In this document: positions 51,303 through 64,000 of the stretch, piece by piece | How the letters are laid out: each line of letters starts with the position of its first letter | Position numbering within the stretch: position 1 is the stretch's first letter | Assembly (NCBI GenBank): GCA_000320545.1 | Contig: ADNK01000411.1 | Location: 1-64,000, forward strand | Reading direction: 5' to 3' | Length of the DNA stretch: 64,000 nt | DNA from: Bigelowiella natans CCMP2755 | Taxonomy: Eukaryota; Protista; Cercozoa | The notes under the pieces: generated by a model | The model's input: only the letters and a program-made list of their open reading frames with translations | Database searches by the model: none | Told to the model about the DNA's origin: nothing | Program-made: the position numbers and the translations under genes

Positions 51303-53369
51303 GAAATATGACTCTTTGATCAATGATAGGTTGCAGGAGGCACGGCGTGTCTTTCTCTTGCAATGCATCCGAAGGTGCTCATCTGTGCTTCTTCCTACAG
51401 GTTCTTCCTTATTCTAGCATGAACTTATTGCTTTTTGGTGGGAGCAGCCCAATAGATTTCAGGCGACAAATTTTTGCGTGCAAAAATTCAAATTGTTGTT
51501 GTGTTCTTAATAGCGATGGCATCATTCGAATCGTGGACCTTGAAAATTTAACACTTAAAGCACGAATTCAAGCATGCTCAGAGCCCATATCAGCTGTCGC
51601 TTTTCTTCATGAGGTATTGCTCTATCGTTCGTACGGTGCAGCACATTGTATTAGGGAGTGGAATGTCATCATTAAGAAGCTCTGAAGAAAGGAAGCGAGG
51701 AAGAAGAAGAAGTAGAAGAAGAAGAACGTGTTTCACGGCCAATGGAATCATTGACATGGTGTTCGTTATCAGCACTTTCTACAACAGATCAGTACCCTAT
51801 CATCAGAAAGTTCTTTACATGCATACCTTTTGGTTTACTGATTCAGGGCAACACCATAGTAGCTGGTACAACGTCAGGAAAACTTATGATGATATATTGG
51901 CCCCGAAGCGAAATCCTGTTGGAAAAAAAGGTAGCGATGGTTGGGTTGTGAGTAAGAAAGATAACCAGCAGAGAGATTATGATGAAATGATGCATATATG
52001 CTGATTCGTTGCTGTAATCAGATGGCTGGAGGAATCTCGGAGCTGGCTTTGCTTCCTACAGACAAGTCTTGCCAAACATTTATGGCAATTCAAAATGAAG
52101 GTTTCTCCATAGTAACTTATAATCCTTTAGAGTTTTGCCAGCTTTCAAAAGAATTCAAATTCCGATTCTTTACATACGGTACCCTTGGTCTATTTCTTAG
52201 GGAAAAGGATATCGATATGGAAGGGCGCTTCTCTGTTGAGAAATATCGATATTCTCTCGCTCATGGAAGCTTCTCAAGGGGACGTAGTTTTGGAGTTGAA
52301 CGACGATTCCTACAAGCAAGAAAAGGTTAGAAGGATTTAGTATGAATTCGAGTCTACGAATTCACATTGACATGTTACCACACATCTTGAATTTCCACAC
52401 AGTGATAATGTGATAACGTCAAGGATGGTGCAACCGCTCCCTAATCATTTCCTCCCCAATTTATCAATGCAGATTAGCAAGAACATCCTCGACGAGTTTA
52501 AAATGAGAACGAACCTTCCACGCATCTTCGCGGAATTCTTCCCTGGTCATTTGCTTCAAGTACCTAAATTCCTCACATTTCAATAACCACGTTGTCTGTT
52601 TACGTTTCAGGAAAGAATACTGTGATTGTGATTTGCGTTCCACCCGAAGATTGGGAAGGAAAGTCTCGTATTATATTCTACGATTTTGCGGAGAATTTGC
52701 TGTTGAAAATGGCTACAGTCCCAGGTGCTTGCAAAACACATTATTTCCATCAATTGGATTACAATCCCTGTGTTTTGATTTTATTCTTTTTTGGCATACA
52801 AGCCAAATATCTTTTCAACTTTTAATTGATAATTCCCGCGAACAAATATTGAGATTCCTCGAAAAAGGAAACACCCGTCTATGGCTAAATTCAAATTTTA
52901 ATCATGATCAGGATACGTAACTTCGTTCGCCGTATCTCCCACTGGAAACTCCCTCGCTCTCGGCTGTTTAGATCAAACGCTAAGATATGTGAACCAAATT
53001 CAGATTATGGTACGTTGTTTTATACAATTCGAAATTCGTTCAATCGATACATCTAACCAACATTAGGCTGGGGATAGCAGCGACCTAAAAGAAAAACGCG
53101 ATCTTATACCTGGTAATTAATTGCAGCGCAAGAATTTCATAAGATTCAAGTTCAGTACTAAATGATGGTTGACAATTTTGATAAAAAGGAGTTCACCCCA
53201 TTGCATATCATTTTGACTGGGTTACCGATGTGGATTTCTCTGCTGATGGGAACTTCGTATTATCTTCAAGGTACCCAAGCAGGTTCTGCAAGTGTGTTTG
53301 TGTTTATTTGTGATGATGTTTGGTTTTGCTTTCAGCTATTCGCAGTTGCGTTTGACAAAGCTAAAATGA
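45004..53369 (+). CDS. WDR90: WD repeat protein 90 / POC16 (centriole protein: CFA20/DUF667-like N-terminal domain plus WD40 propellers)
   Basis: VWQKPYLPILKH...GDVKEELDRQIGKTVLKIHG...GLGVAGQILY...FTIHLD...RLSFSNMYK...WTVLAIDM matches the WDR90 N-terminus. Then PDPILELERLV, GHTDRI, IRFWRVSRGHL, CVTGSEDRFVRIWPLEF, TIVRSHTD, FSGH. Stop TGA at 53369. Confidence 0.92.
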
Positions 53370-54005
53370 TTTACGACGAATATGACATGGTCTTGTGAGT
53401 GAGGGACATTGCTCAGACACGCATGCTCACACTTGGTGGACATGATGACATTTGGGCGAAAGTGACCATTTTTTGGGGATGCCTAGACGCACCGAGTTAG
53501 CCTTTTGCTCAAGATGTAAACAATGAAAACACAATGGACACACTGTACATCTAGACGTGCTGCCAATGCGGTGTGTAGCATCTATACTGCAGCGCCATGC
53601 ATTCATCATGAATTGTGAACAACGCTAGAACGCATCGATGCACCTCTAGATGTAGAACACTTAAATTCTTTCAATGGTCATCCTAATGTAGCTATACAAT
53701 CTAGCAATGTGTCCACAAATGCTGCAGCTACAGCGCTTAAATTGTAATTATTTGTTTCCGCTCTAGCGCTGTGTGTATGTTTCATTCTACGATCATGTAT
53801 GTGAGGCGGATATAATGAAGTGATTAAACGTGGTTAATGACATATGTACACATAGATATGTGTGCATGTGTGTACGTACGTATTCTTCTGCGTGATCAAC
53901 GTATCGTACATATCTACGAAAACACTGTGCATTTATCGCACAGTAGCCAGATGTTGAGCTAGTATGTGCACATGTATGTAATTCGGATAGGGTAGGCAGT
54001 CATCA

Positions 54006-55274
54006 TCAGGCTTTTGTTTTTGCGCGCTTTTTATTGTTGCGAGTCGTCATTCCTATCTTGCTAGTAGTGTTACATGCTGAATCTACTGAGTTACGTTTCA
54101 AATGATCTTCTTTGTTCTTCGCCATCTGCCGATCTTCTTCATCGTCCTTCAATCTATCAATCTCATCTTCGTAAAGTTGATTCTTCCATTCTCCCATGAT
54201 GGACTCACGGATCTCACTTATGGTCGTTTCTGATGTGCTAGGCATCTTTACCCTGATATACCGAGGTGATTTTTTGCCGGGACCATAACACACTATTTCA
54301 TTCGTGTTTTCTGTCCCAAACGGAAGGGGGAAGGGTTTCCCGTTTGAAGTGGGTACTGCGGTAGCAGGCACTACAACCTCCTCCTCTCTTATTCGTTTCT
54401 TCTCTTCGAGATCCTCTGTATCGATGAGACGTAATTCAAATTTACGCCCTTCTGGGTGTGCGATGTCACCGAGTAAGACATCTTCAGTTTTGACAATGGT
54501 CTGATATCGAAATTCCATGTTTTGAACCGTCCCCCCATCTTTGTTAAGCGTGAAGTATAAACCTTGATAGGTCCCCCGTTCCCTCACTTGATCATATCGC
54601 TCACCGTAAGCTTCAATTCCTATCGAAGATATGACGTCACGAAGGGAAATTTCCTTCGATGGTGCCGTATTGCTGTCGCACAGTTTCTTGATCTTAGGTT
54701 CAGAGCTAAGATGAATCCTGATTGGCTTCACACGTTTGCCATCGTCGCTCCATAGTTGCTGTCGCGAGGCTGGGATAGAACTGCTCTCGTGTAACATTTC
54801 TATCACCGTGTGCATGGTTGTAGATCGTTTTAGAGGCTTTTTCAGGACCTGCTCGCCTTTGAGCGAGAGATCCCACACGCCGCGGTCCCATTGTCTGTCA
54901 GATTGTAGCAATTTTTTTTTCAGTAATAACCCGATAACCTTTCCCACGACTCCATGACATCAACACAATAGATCTAAGGGAAAGCATTTAAGGAATAGAT
55001 TTCTACCTGTGTTGTTTTACACGTGGTCGCCGAAGACTCAAGCCTGTTTGACCTTTCACCTTCCGAGTCGAGAAAAATCATAGAGAACATTGGGGATGTT
55101 CTTCCTGTAACGCAAAAATCAACGCTGACGCTGCCTAAAAATCAAATGCATTCCAGGAGGTTTCTGCCCAAAAATTTCTTCCTTCTTGAGATTGAGTTCT
55201 CGGGTTGCGACTTCAAGAACTATTGTCGCAATATCAAAAAGGAACGGATTCGGATCAGGATCATCGAACGACAT
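54006..55274 (-). CDS. Hypothetical protein with ubiquitin-like segments; 5' exons uncertain
   Basis: 313-aa ORF containing KRSTTMHTVIEMLHESSSIPASRQQLW (like the Ubl TV..LK..I....GIP...Q.L pattern) and a second beta-grasp-like stretch, IRVKMPSTSETTISEIRESI. Confidence 0.55.
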
Positions 55275-55553
55275 GGCTTTGATGGTCTCTAGAGCGTCTC
55301 CAGAGCGTCTCACGCCTCGGATTGATAAATGAAGTTGTCAATAATCCAGATCATTCGAAACACCGAACACGGGAGAGCAGAAGTATCACGACACCTGCAA
55401 CCCAGCACCACCACCAGCAGCAGCAGCAGGAGGAGGAGGAGGAGGAGGAGTGGTAGCAGGTCTTAGAGGAGCCATAGGATCCAGAACATAGAGAACAAGA
55501 GAATAAAAAGGACTGCGCCCCCCCCCCTACGACCACCTGGCCGAGAAGAAAGG

Positions 55554-56378
55554 ATGGGGTCCTGCTGCTCAGATCAACCAGGACCCACAGTTAATGACAA
55601 GAACAATGCGGAGCAGCATGATGAACCTGAGCAAGTGAAGAAAGAGTACAGACTCACATCTAAACAGCGGAAACTCGTGGACGAATTTTATGAAAGATTT
55701 GATAAAGACAGGGACGGAAAGATTGGTGTAGAGGTAAATGATTTTGAAAATTGATTGAAATGTAGAAACATAATTGACACAAGTTACCTTTTTAGTCAAT
55801 AGCAAAATTTAACACCTCACCTCGAGAAGAAATCACGAAGCTACTTGGAATGGCAAAGAGCTCAGTAGGGAAGGTGTTAAGTAGTCAATCAAATTGATTT
55901 TACCTCTTCTGCCTGTCTAATTTGAAAAATAAACCCAATCATATTTGTTTCCCAAATTGCTATACAAGATGGAAAAAGATGGTATGGTGGATGTATTCGA
56001 GCAAGCAAATGCCACATTTGGTGCAGAAGCGGGCAGTAAAAACGGAATAGGTAGAGGAAGCTTATTGACTTCAAAATACGATTTGAGTGAAAATTCTATT
56101 CCATATTCGTCCTGCTGGAGATTATTGGCACTAAGTAAGACCTTACTTACCTTTGTCAGCATTTGTCACGGACATGCTTACAGTTCTTTTACGAGTAACC
56201 AAAGGCGACCTTTCCGAAGAGGAAGGCAACAAGTGTGGCTTTTTTTTTGTGCGTAAAAAAATTGTATTCAAGTTACCATTGTCGTAATTTTAGGTATCTG
56301 AATGGTAAAGCTCTAGACTATGGCATAGCTAATGCCCCACTAACACCGATGGGATCTTCTATCAACAACAATGCTTAA
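55554..56378 (+). CDS. Small N-myristoylated/palmitoylated EF-hand protein
   Basis: MGSCCS N-terminus (Gly2, Cys4/5, Ser6). EF loop FDKDRDGKIGVE, with a second degenerate loop KDGMVDVFE. Confidence 0.72.
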
Positions 56379-57175
56379 TTTGTTTGAGAGACGGTTGCAG
56401 CATGCGTGATGCCAGCTAGCAGACAACATAGTATGAAACCTAGTATCGACTTTACGCGTACATGACCTTACTTGGAGGGCCTTCTACATACAGAATCGCT
56501 GTGCATGGCGGGCGACGCGCGTATCACATATACACAGGATCGATGGTCAAGTGCCATAGAAGACTGCTGGCTTCGATCCTATAAATATGCAAATTAACTG
56601 AAGCGCGGCGTGCTGCACGTACGTCGTACATGTATGCAGCGCTGCGCGCTGAAACCGTAATGAAGCCTGGATCAGGATATATAGCACAAGAGAGATCTAT
56701 ATGCGTGTCGCCTATAGCTAACGGTTGCACTACATGTTATCAATAAGAGTCGAATGCTGATCGATCGCGCCATGCTATAGCATGTAGATATGTACGATCG
56801 CACTCATTGCAGCATGCATGACTCGCGGTCAACAATTGGATATACAACAGAGAAGGCTGCTAAGTCGATGCCTGCTAGCATGTAGCCTAGCTATCTATAG
56901 TCCTAGAGCTGTTATACTGTGTGCATGTATCATACCACATCTCGACTGGTACGCTTTTCTGTGTATACAGTTTGTACTAATTTATGCAACGTGTACTTCG
57001 GTACTTCTGAACGGGCAAGTAATGATTAAGTCAGATCCTCCAGCTCAACTTGATACATATCGATGCCCGGGCTTGTTAGCTGGTCCTACCTTCCGTATAT
57101 ACAAGGGGCTGATCGACTTGAGCTTGAAACTCACTTATTCTTTCCGAACACGAAAAGTAAACTGCCACTGGAATT

Positions 57176-59723
57176 CTAGCTAAAAGGGTCGGCTTCGCCT
57201 GTCTCTGCGTCTCCTGTATCTTCAACGAAAAGCGCGCCTTCTTTCTCCTGATGCTGGAGTTGTTTGAATAATCAAGTAAATCAACGGTTATGTGCATGTG
57301 AATCTTACCTTTTTTGACTTATCCTTGAATAAATTGTCGGCATCTTCATCAGACTGATTCAAACAAACTCGTCTCATCGATGCTCCATTATAGCCCATAA
57401 ACTACTACATGAAATAGCTCACATACCTTATCCACTAAACCGGCAAGAATCCTATTTCCTATCAGTATGACGACACATATTTGAAAATATACATCATTAG
57501 CAAGTTAACACGGTAATGTTCACAAATAGCTTAGATAACCGGCTTCCCGTCGTTTTCTTTTCTCTGCATCCCGTTTTAATTTCTGCGTGCATGATAACAT
57601 GATCTCATTCTAAGTATACTGTTATAGGGGCAAATCACGCCCACAAGTCTGCTGTATATTACTTCTTCCTTTGCCTTTCTCTCCTCCTCTTCCTGCAAGA
57701 TACAGTAACTGCGTTGATGATATGTTTCCATAACAAACTTGCAATTTTCTCAGAAAATCTTACCTTTCTTCTAAGCTCCTCCTCCTTTTTTCGCCGCCTG
57801 TTAAATCAAAGCAATTACATTTGAGAAGTATCCTAATAACTCTGTATTATGTACATACAAGGCTTCTTTCTCCTTCTCCGTGAGGACTTTCTTCACAGCT
57901 TTCTTTACCACTTTCTTTACAGCTTCTTTCTTCTTCTGTGCCTTTTCTTCCTTAATCTGAGAGTGAAAGAAACGACGTTTTTAGCAACATGGAAATTCGA
58001 TGGCGATGCACCTACTTCAATTCCGGATTTCTTCGCGTACTCTTTTGCATCCACCCCCCCTGGGAACACCTGATCAAATATCGTCAAAAGGTGATCCTCC
58101 TTTGACGTGAACATCTTTTCTGGTCGCAAATCATCACCTCGATGCCACGGAGATGTACTTGGATATGCATGGATACTTCCATATGAGAGGATAGAAACGG
58201 AAAATCCCCACCGCTCTTAATGTAAGCTTGCTTTGCGTTAGGGAATGCCTTTGAATGCAGTTTTAAAGAACGCAAATCTTACAAAAGCACTGCAGAATGC
58301 TCTAGAAAGACCGTGTTGATGCATGACATTTTCTATTGTTAACTGTTTAACCTTGTATAAACGTTCTCGCATAATTTCTGGGAGAACTACATCGTCCACA
58401 GTGTCCAGAATAGTCATAGGGTGTTTTTCCTTTATGCTCTTGATATATTTGGCCACGCTTGATGGCAGACAATTCAGACTCAACCGCGAACCTAAATCTA
58501 TTCCAACCAGAGAGTATTGCTACTTATTCAAATGAAAGAGACGCCAATCTCTACTTTAAAGTGACCTTTCCTAGTAAGAGTCTCCAACTGCTCGACTACG
58601 AAATCTACGGCATCTGCATGGGGTCCTGGGAGATTCCCCTGAGAGGGCCAACAACATGTCAGTCTACGATGATGGATGATGGAACCCATAGAGAGATTCT
58701 CAACAGTAGCAACAGCAGCAGCAGCAGCAGTAGTACCTTTGGGAAACTGTCTAAGATGTATTTCTTCAGATAGAACTCGGGCATGTATCTAAGCCAACCA
58801 ACCGTTTACAAGAGGGATGTAAGGGTGATATTGTAACAGGGGACGGGGGGTGGGTTCTAACAGTCGTTGTGGAGGTGAAATTGAATCGTTTTTTTTAAAA
58901 GTGCAGATATTTCATCTCTTCCGCTTACTACTACCCCAACATCGTCGACCAGGCGGAAGGCTGATGGAAAGGGCGTGTATCTACGAAGGAGTTGCACAGA
59001 ATGAGCGACTGCACACGATCCGGATACCTAATGATTCATCTATCAGATAGGGTGTTTCGAGTGGCAAATTGATAAAATCGATACGTTTACCTTCCCGCAA
59101 AGTGGAGTGCCATGAACCCTCCGAGAGACACTCCCAATAAATGGCATTTTTTTATCTGAGCGGAAAAATCGATGCAAATTCTAATGAAGCGTGTGCAAAA
59201 CGAACTACTTGAAACTTAAGAAGAATGTCCAACTTCTTACGTTGATGGTGGCGAGAAATTTGTAGAAGCCGTCGACCCACTTGCCGTGGTCCCAGTAATC
59301 TGGCCACTTCAAGTGCATTTGTCATCAGAATTATTTACACAGAATTTTTCAAAGACCAAGTAGCGCTACCTGAGCTGCGATGACGTGATAGCCTTTGCTC
59401 CCTAAAGTCATCACCTACATTGTTTGCAGTGTTGATGCATGGGAGTACAATAGCACTTCTTTAAAGCGAGCACCTGGCAGAAGAACGTCTCTGCAGTACC
59501 GCTCGTACCGTGCAAACATATAAGAGGGGCCATTTTTGTAGGCCCAAATTGAAAGTAAGTCCAGTCCTTTCCTGATGATGAGAGCAGCATTGGAGTTTAG
59601 CAACTCGTGTATGATGAGGAATTGATACCAATGTGCATACCGACCTTCGACATTGCATTTTTGGCGCGGAACCTCCGATCGAAAGGCCGTAAACTCTTTC
59701 GAGCGGCCGATGCGCGATTTCAT
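57176..59723 (-). CDS. SPG21: Maspardin (non-catalytic alpha/beta-hydrolase) with a charged C-terminal extension
   Basis: FTAFRSEVP, PLICLHGTSGTAETFF, YWDH...DGF, CHLLGVSLGGFMA, RVQSLILCNSFVDT, DAVDFVVEQLE, LGSRLSLNC, FPNAKQAYIKSGGDFPFLS...VSMHIQVHLR all align with maspardin. Confidence 0.93.
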
Positions 59724-60278
59724 GCTGCTGTGATGCTACTCCTGCTCGAATCAATCCCAAAAGAGATAAGGAGGAGGAGGAGGAGGTGTGTTTTTTTTGG
59801 AGAGAAGTCAAAATTATTACTAGTCGGCTAATAATTTATTGTCGTCTATATCTAATAAAGGGGGTTTTTGTAACAGTGAGAATAAATATCTCCCTTCGGG
59901 GAATACATCCAAGATGAAAGCCCAGGTGCACCAATCCATACAACAAAAACAACACATATTTGGGACCGCTAGGACATGTCTAGCTCCTACGAGTCCTAGA
60001 CCTCTAAAAGCATCCCTCTTTCGTGGGGAATCTCAACACATAGGCAAACAAAATGTTCCCCTGGTAGCCCAATTATCATGGAAATGTATGGGATTTTTGG
60101 TACTGCGGCATAAATCTTGAACATTGTGGTAACGGCATCGGTGTAGCTTCGAGCACGGTGTTCATTCGGCACACAGCATTGATTGTACATCTTGCAAGCA
60201 AGCAAGCAAGCGGCACCCAACGAGCTCCTAAGCAACCAAGTGTGGATCACGGAGACGACGAGTGGCGTTACATTTAAA

Positions 60279-61796
60279 ATGGGTGGTAGTCTCAACTTGG
60301 TTTATTTATTTCGTCCGCGAATGCTTTTCTTCTTTCTCACTGTCCCATCGATTGATTTGAGCCAAATCGGATCAGATGAAGATGATACCAAATTAAAGGG
60401 AGAAGGTCGGTTTGAAGAAAAGGTACTATCTCCCATGATAACGTTCTATTATCGGACCCTGCCTTCTCTGAGAGTCAACAAATTGATGATTAACCTGGAA
60501 ATCTTCTGCTCCCCTTCAACCTTCTGCTCTTTGTTCAGTACGAGTTGACAGATGAAGAACTTGGGGAAGGAGCCACTGCTGTGGTGAAAGTTGGTAAGGA
60601 CAAACGAGGTAATAAAGAAAAATCAACCTACAAACCGTATCTGGCAATGTAAGTATTCTTTATCTTCCTCCTCCTCCTCCTCCTCCTCCCCTTGTAGGTG
60701 TTGAGTACGCTGTAAAGATCATGGACAGAAAAAACGTTTGTATGGACGAGGTAATATTAATTTGATCAAGTCTACGATGCCATCTTCACTGTGATAAATT
60801 CTTGCAATACCAATGCAACGACTAATTCCTATACGACATCCCTGGTGCATTGACAATACATTCACGCAGGAGAAATTTGAAGAGGAGATCTCTGTCCTCC
60901 GGCGCTTGAAACATCCTAACATCATACGTCTCTATGACGTCTATAAGACAAAAGCTAATATCTATATTGTGACGGGTACACCTCCTCAGCATATCAAAAA
61001 AACTTGCGCCGGTGGCATCATCATATCTCTTCTGAATGATACTTGTGAACAGAGCTGGCAACAGGGGGAGAGCTCTTCGAAAGACTACTGGACCAAAATT
61101 CGTTTGCGGAGAAGGACGCCTCAAAGGTCATTGGACAGGTTTTCTCAGATTGAAGAACTTCTCCTCAGTCGATCCAACCCTTTTCAGTACACACGAAAGC
61201 TATTTGAAGCCATAAAGCACATGCACGAAAAGGTTGAGCCGTGTTATCGATACTGATGCTAGTGACAGTGATACCTAAGCATCTTGATGTATTAATCTTC
61301 TTCAGGGAATATGTCATCGCGATTTAAAGCCCGAGAATATAATGTTTAAGGATAATGCGAAACAGGTTAGTAACTCTCATCCTTCAACAATGCTATTGGC
61401 ACAACTGCTTAATTTTTGTTTTTAAGCTTTGCTCGATAATAACATAATTGGTAGTTGCTGGGAGCATCCCAATAAAAATGAAGCGTTTCAAAAAATGACA
61501 TATGAATAATTAGTCTCCACTCAAAATCGTCGATTTCGGATTCGCTTCTTCGCTGTTGGACAAGAAGAAAAAGTTCAGAACGATGTCGCAACTTGGTTAG
61601 TAGAACATCCACCATCATGTTTCATAGTCTACTGCTTAAAGACTCAATATTTCAATTATTTCAGGTACAATGGGATACGCAGCTCCGGAAGTTTTCACGG
61701 TGTGTTGTTGTTGATTCGGTGTGTAATGTTTGGTTGAGAAGTATGTTGGATCAGGGAAAGGCTTATACTGAAAAGTGTGACATTTGGAGTTTGGGT

Positions 61797-61834
<38 letters not shown>

Positions 61835-62864
61835 ACACAAACACACACATGCAACCACGCAATGGATGATGTGCATGTATATGTATGTGTTTTGAAGTAA
61901 ATATCATTCCCATAACTCAATATTTGTCAGGTGTCATTGTTTATATTCTCCTGTGCGGATATCCACCATTCGTAGATATGCATGATGAGTCCAAGGAGGT
62001 CATTCGTTTGTTCATAAATATGTATTTATAACGACACTTTTTATTTCACACATACATATGTCTCTCCTTGACCTCAGGACGTTGAAAACACGCCATTCTG
62101 GGTTTACGTCAACAAGATGCAGACAGCTGTCTTAGGTGCCGAAGAAGGTGAAAATCCCGCACTGGAATTCCCGAGCAAGTACAGCAATATTACGCTACTT
62201 TTTGGAAAAACACGGGCACATTGATTTGTTCTCGCTCTCTTGCAGATTCTGGAAACATGTGTCCCCTGCAGCAAAGGACTTCCTGAAACAGGTTAAAAAA
62301 AACATGATGTTCAGAGATTGAATCAATGACCATTGCGACAGTTCTCGCAAAAGGACTTATATGACTTATCCACAGATTCTTGTCGTTGATCCCAACAAGA
62401 GGCCGAGGGCATCAGAGGCGCTTAAGTAAATAAAATTCGATTTACGATGGGATGATGAATTCTCTAGTCAAGAATTCAGAAGGAGGAATATTTACTTCCG
62501 TTTTATTCCAGGCACGAATGGCTGGCACAAGAGATGTCTGCGAGGGGCAAGCATATGAATCAGACTATGCTCAACATGAGGAAGTAATGGGTGCCATCTA
62601 ATAGTCATCCTAATCACAACACTCAGTGCTTGTTCCTAAAAGGTTTCGGAATATTCGGAAGTCCCACAACACGATGGTTATCAACCAAAATAATGCATCT
62701 AAGCTGGACGACATGTTCAAGGTATAAAGATGGCAATCTTTTTTTCTCTCTTTACTCCTGTTCGCATATCTCTACCAAAATAATGACTATTTGAAGGGAA
62801 AATAGAACTGCATATCCGATATTTGCTTCTACAGACAGAGATCGGGACTTATGCCGCATGTTAA
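60279..62864 (+). CDS. CAMK-group Ser/Thr kinase (CaMK1-like)
   Basis: [104 protein letters not shown]. Stop TAA at 62864. Confidence 0.95.
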
Positions 62865-63770
62865 TCATATCTTCACAATGCCTTTCAGCATGTGTAATTA
62901 AAGTTTGAAATCATAAAAATATTGCATTTTTTATAAATGTAGAAACTGAAAATACGGAAATCAAGAAAAAAGAAGACGTCCTTAAAAATCGAGGGTGGGA
63001 AGTTGGTCTCGTCGAAAAGATAGAAACAAACTCGCTTTTTATAAGGCGTTTCAAATGTATTTTGCAAAATTCATCTGGGAACCCTTGTCAGCTTGCAAGT
63101 GGACTGAGTTAACTCGGTCGATGAGTAAATTAGAAGTATTAAAATAGAATCAGCCAAGTGTTTTCTTATCTTAAAGAATGCTGTACACATCCGGTGGAGA
63201 AGCAGAGTCATCAGTTTTGCTCGGGCATTTTTGCTCAGGCTTGACTTTTTGCCGGCCAATGCGAGTTCGCACTGACGTGCATGCATCAGTGTTGTTAAAG
63301 TAATAATAACATGGCAGATGAGAGTGTCCATTTGCTCTGAGTTATACGTAACGCTTTCTAGCTTTGCTGTCCTAGTAGCATAGCGTCCATAGATTTGCGA
63401 TGCAAGATCATACATGCTAGCATGCATGTTTAGCCGTGCTAGCGTGTACAGTCTAAATAAGTACCAATGCATCTGACGGGGTGCCGCGTATTGCACATCA
63501 ACCGGTGATATTAGCCACCACTGGATTTAGTTCACGAAAGCATCGCACGCGCAGTTCAAGAATATATTCAAGGCTGTTCGTTGTTTGATATAACGCTCTG
63601 GGTTATTATGTAGCCATATGCATGTGCAATGTATGCTATGACTGCTATGCATTTCATTGACAACTAGACAATTTGATTCATAATCTGTTCCCGATGTGCA
63701 ACTGTACGTTTTTCATGAACAATATATGTGACCACGACATAATCGGTATGTCAAGAGCTAGCTGTATCGC

Positions 63771-63855
63771 TCACCCATCTGAATAAACACATGGCACACC
63801 AATTGATGGAACCATGACGAGTGGAAATCCGCTCTCATGCTTTATTCCTCGTTTT

Positions 63856-63898
<43 letters not shown>

Positions 63899-64000
63899 CT
63901 CCTTGCAGCACGTCTTCTCATTTATATGTTGCCTGAAGCACTGGTTGGGATTCTTCGGTATTTCTGCACGAGAATCCGCACGCTTTTGTACCCAAGATAG
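63771..64000 (-). CDS. Possible terminal exon(s) of a gene entering from the right edge
   Basis: Minus-strand open frame YLGYKSVRILVQKYRRIPTSAS followed by an intron-like (TG)n tract. It fits the alternating gene layout, but no motif was recognised. Confidence 0.25.

Noticed and set aside
1-64000. Alternative genetic code or stop-codon reassignment
   Set aside because: Conserved genes read through with standard splicing and end in TGA, TAA or TAG; in-frame stops fall in introns.

Overview
This is eukaryotic nuclear DNA from an intron-rich, microsatellite-rich protist. The WDR90 basal-body gene, short GT-AG introns and a signal-peptide-bearing Tic62-like protein are compatible with a flagellate carrying a secondary plastid such as a chlorarachniophyte (inference only). 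Manual splicing gives 15 protein genes plus a possible partial one at the right edge: DDX42 (with an extra N-terminal Trp-rich domain), a tandem-PH MAP3K, PP2A B56, a TPT-family transporter, a NAD(P)-binding atypical SDR, an HMG-box protein, a PDZ/coiled-coil protein, a PB1-like protein, a large disordered protein with a degenerate YTH domain, a RhoGAP-SEL1 protein, WDR90/POC16, a Ubl-like protein, an acylated EF-hand protein, maspardin with a C-terminal tail, and a CaMK. The genes alternate almost strictly head-to-head and tail-to-tail. The strongest unexplained signal is in the DNA beyond gene 3' ends. It is depleted of TpA except in TAG/CTAG context and enriched in TG/CA/CTAG/TGCA/CATG, while intronic (TA)n tracts are intact. 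This suggests a context-specific A:T>G:C ('reverse-RIP') mutator acting on untranscribed DNA. No rRNA, tRNA, CRISPR array or intact transposon was recognised. Exon boundaries and counts were done by eye.
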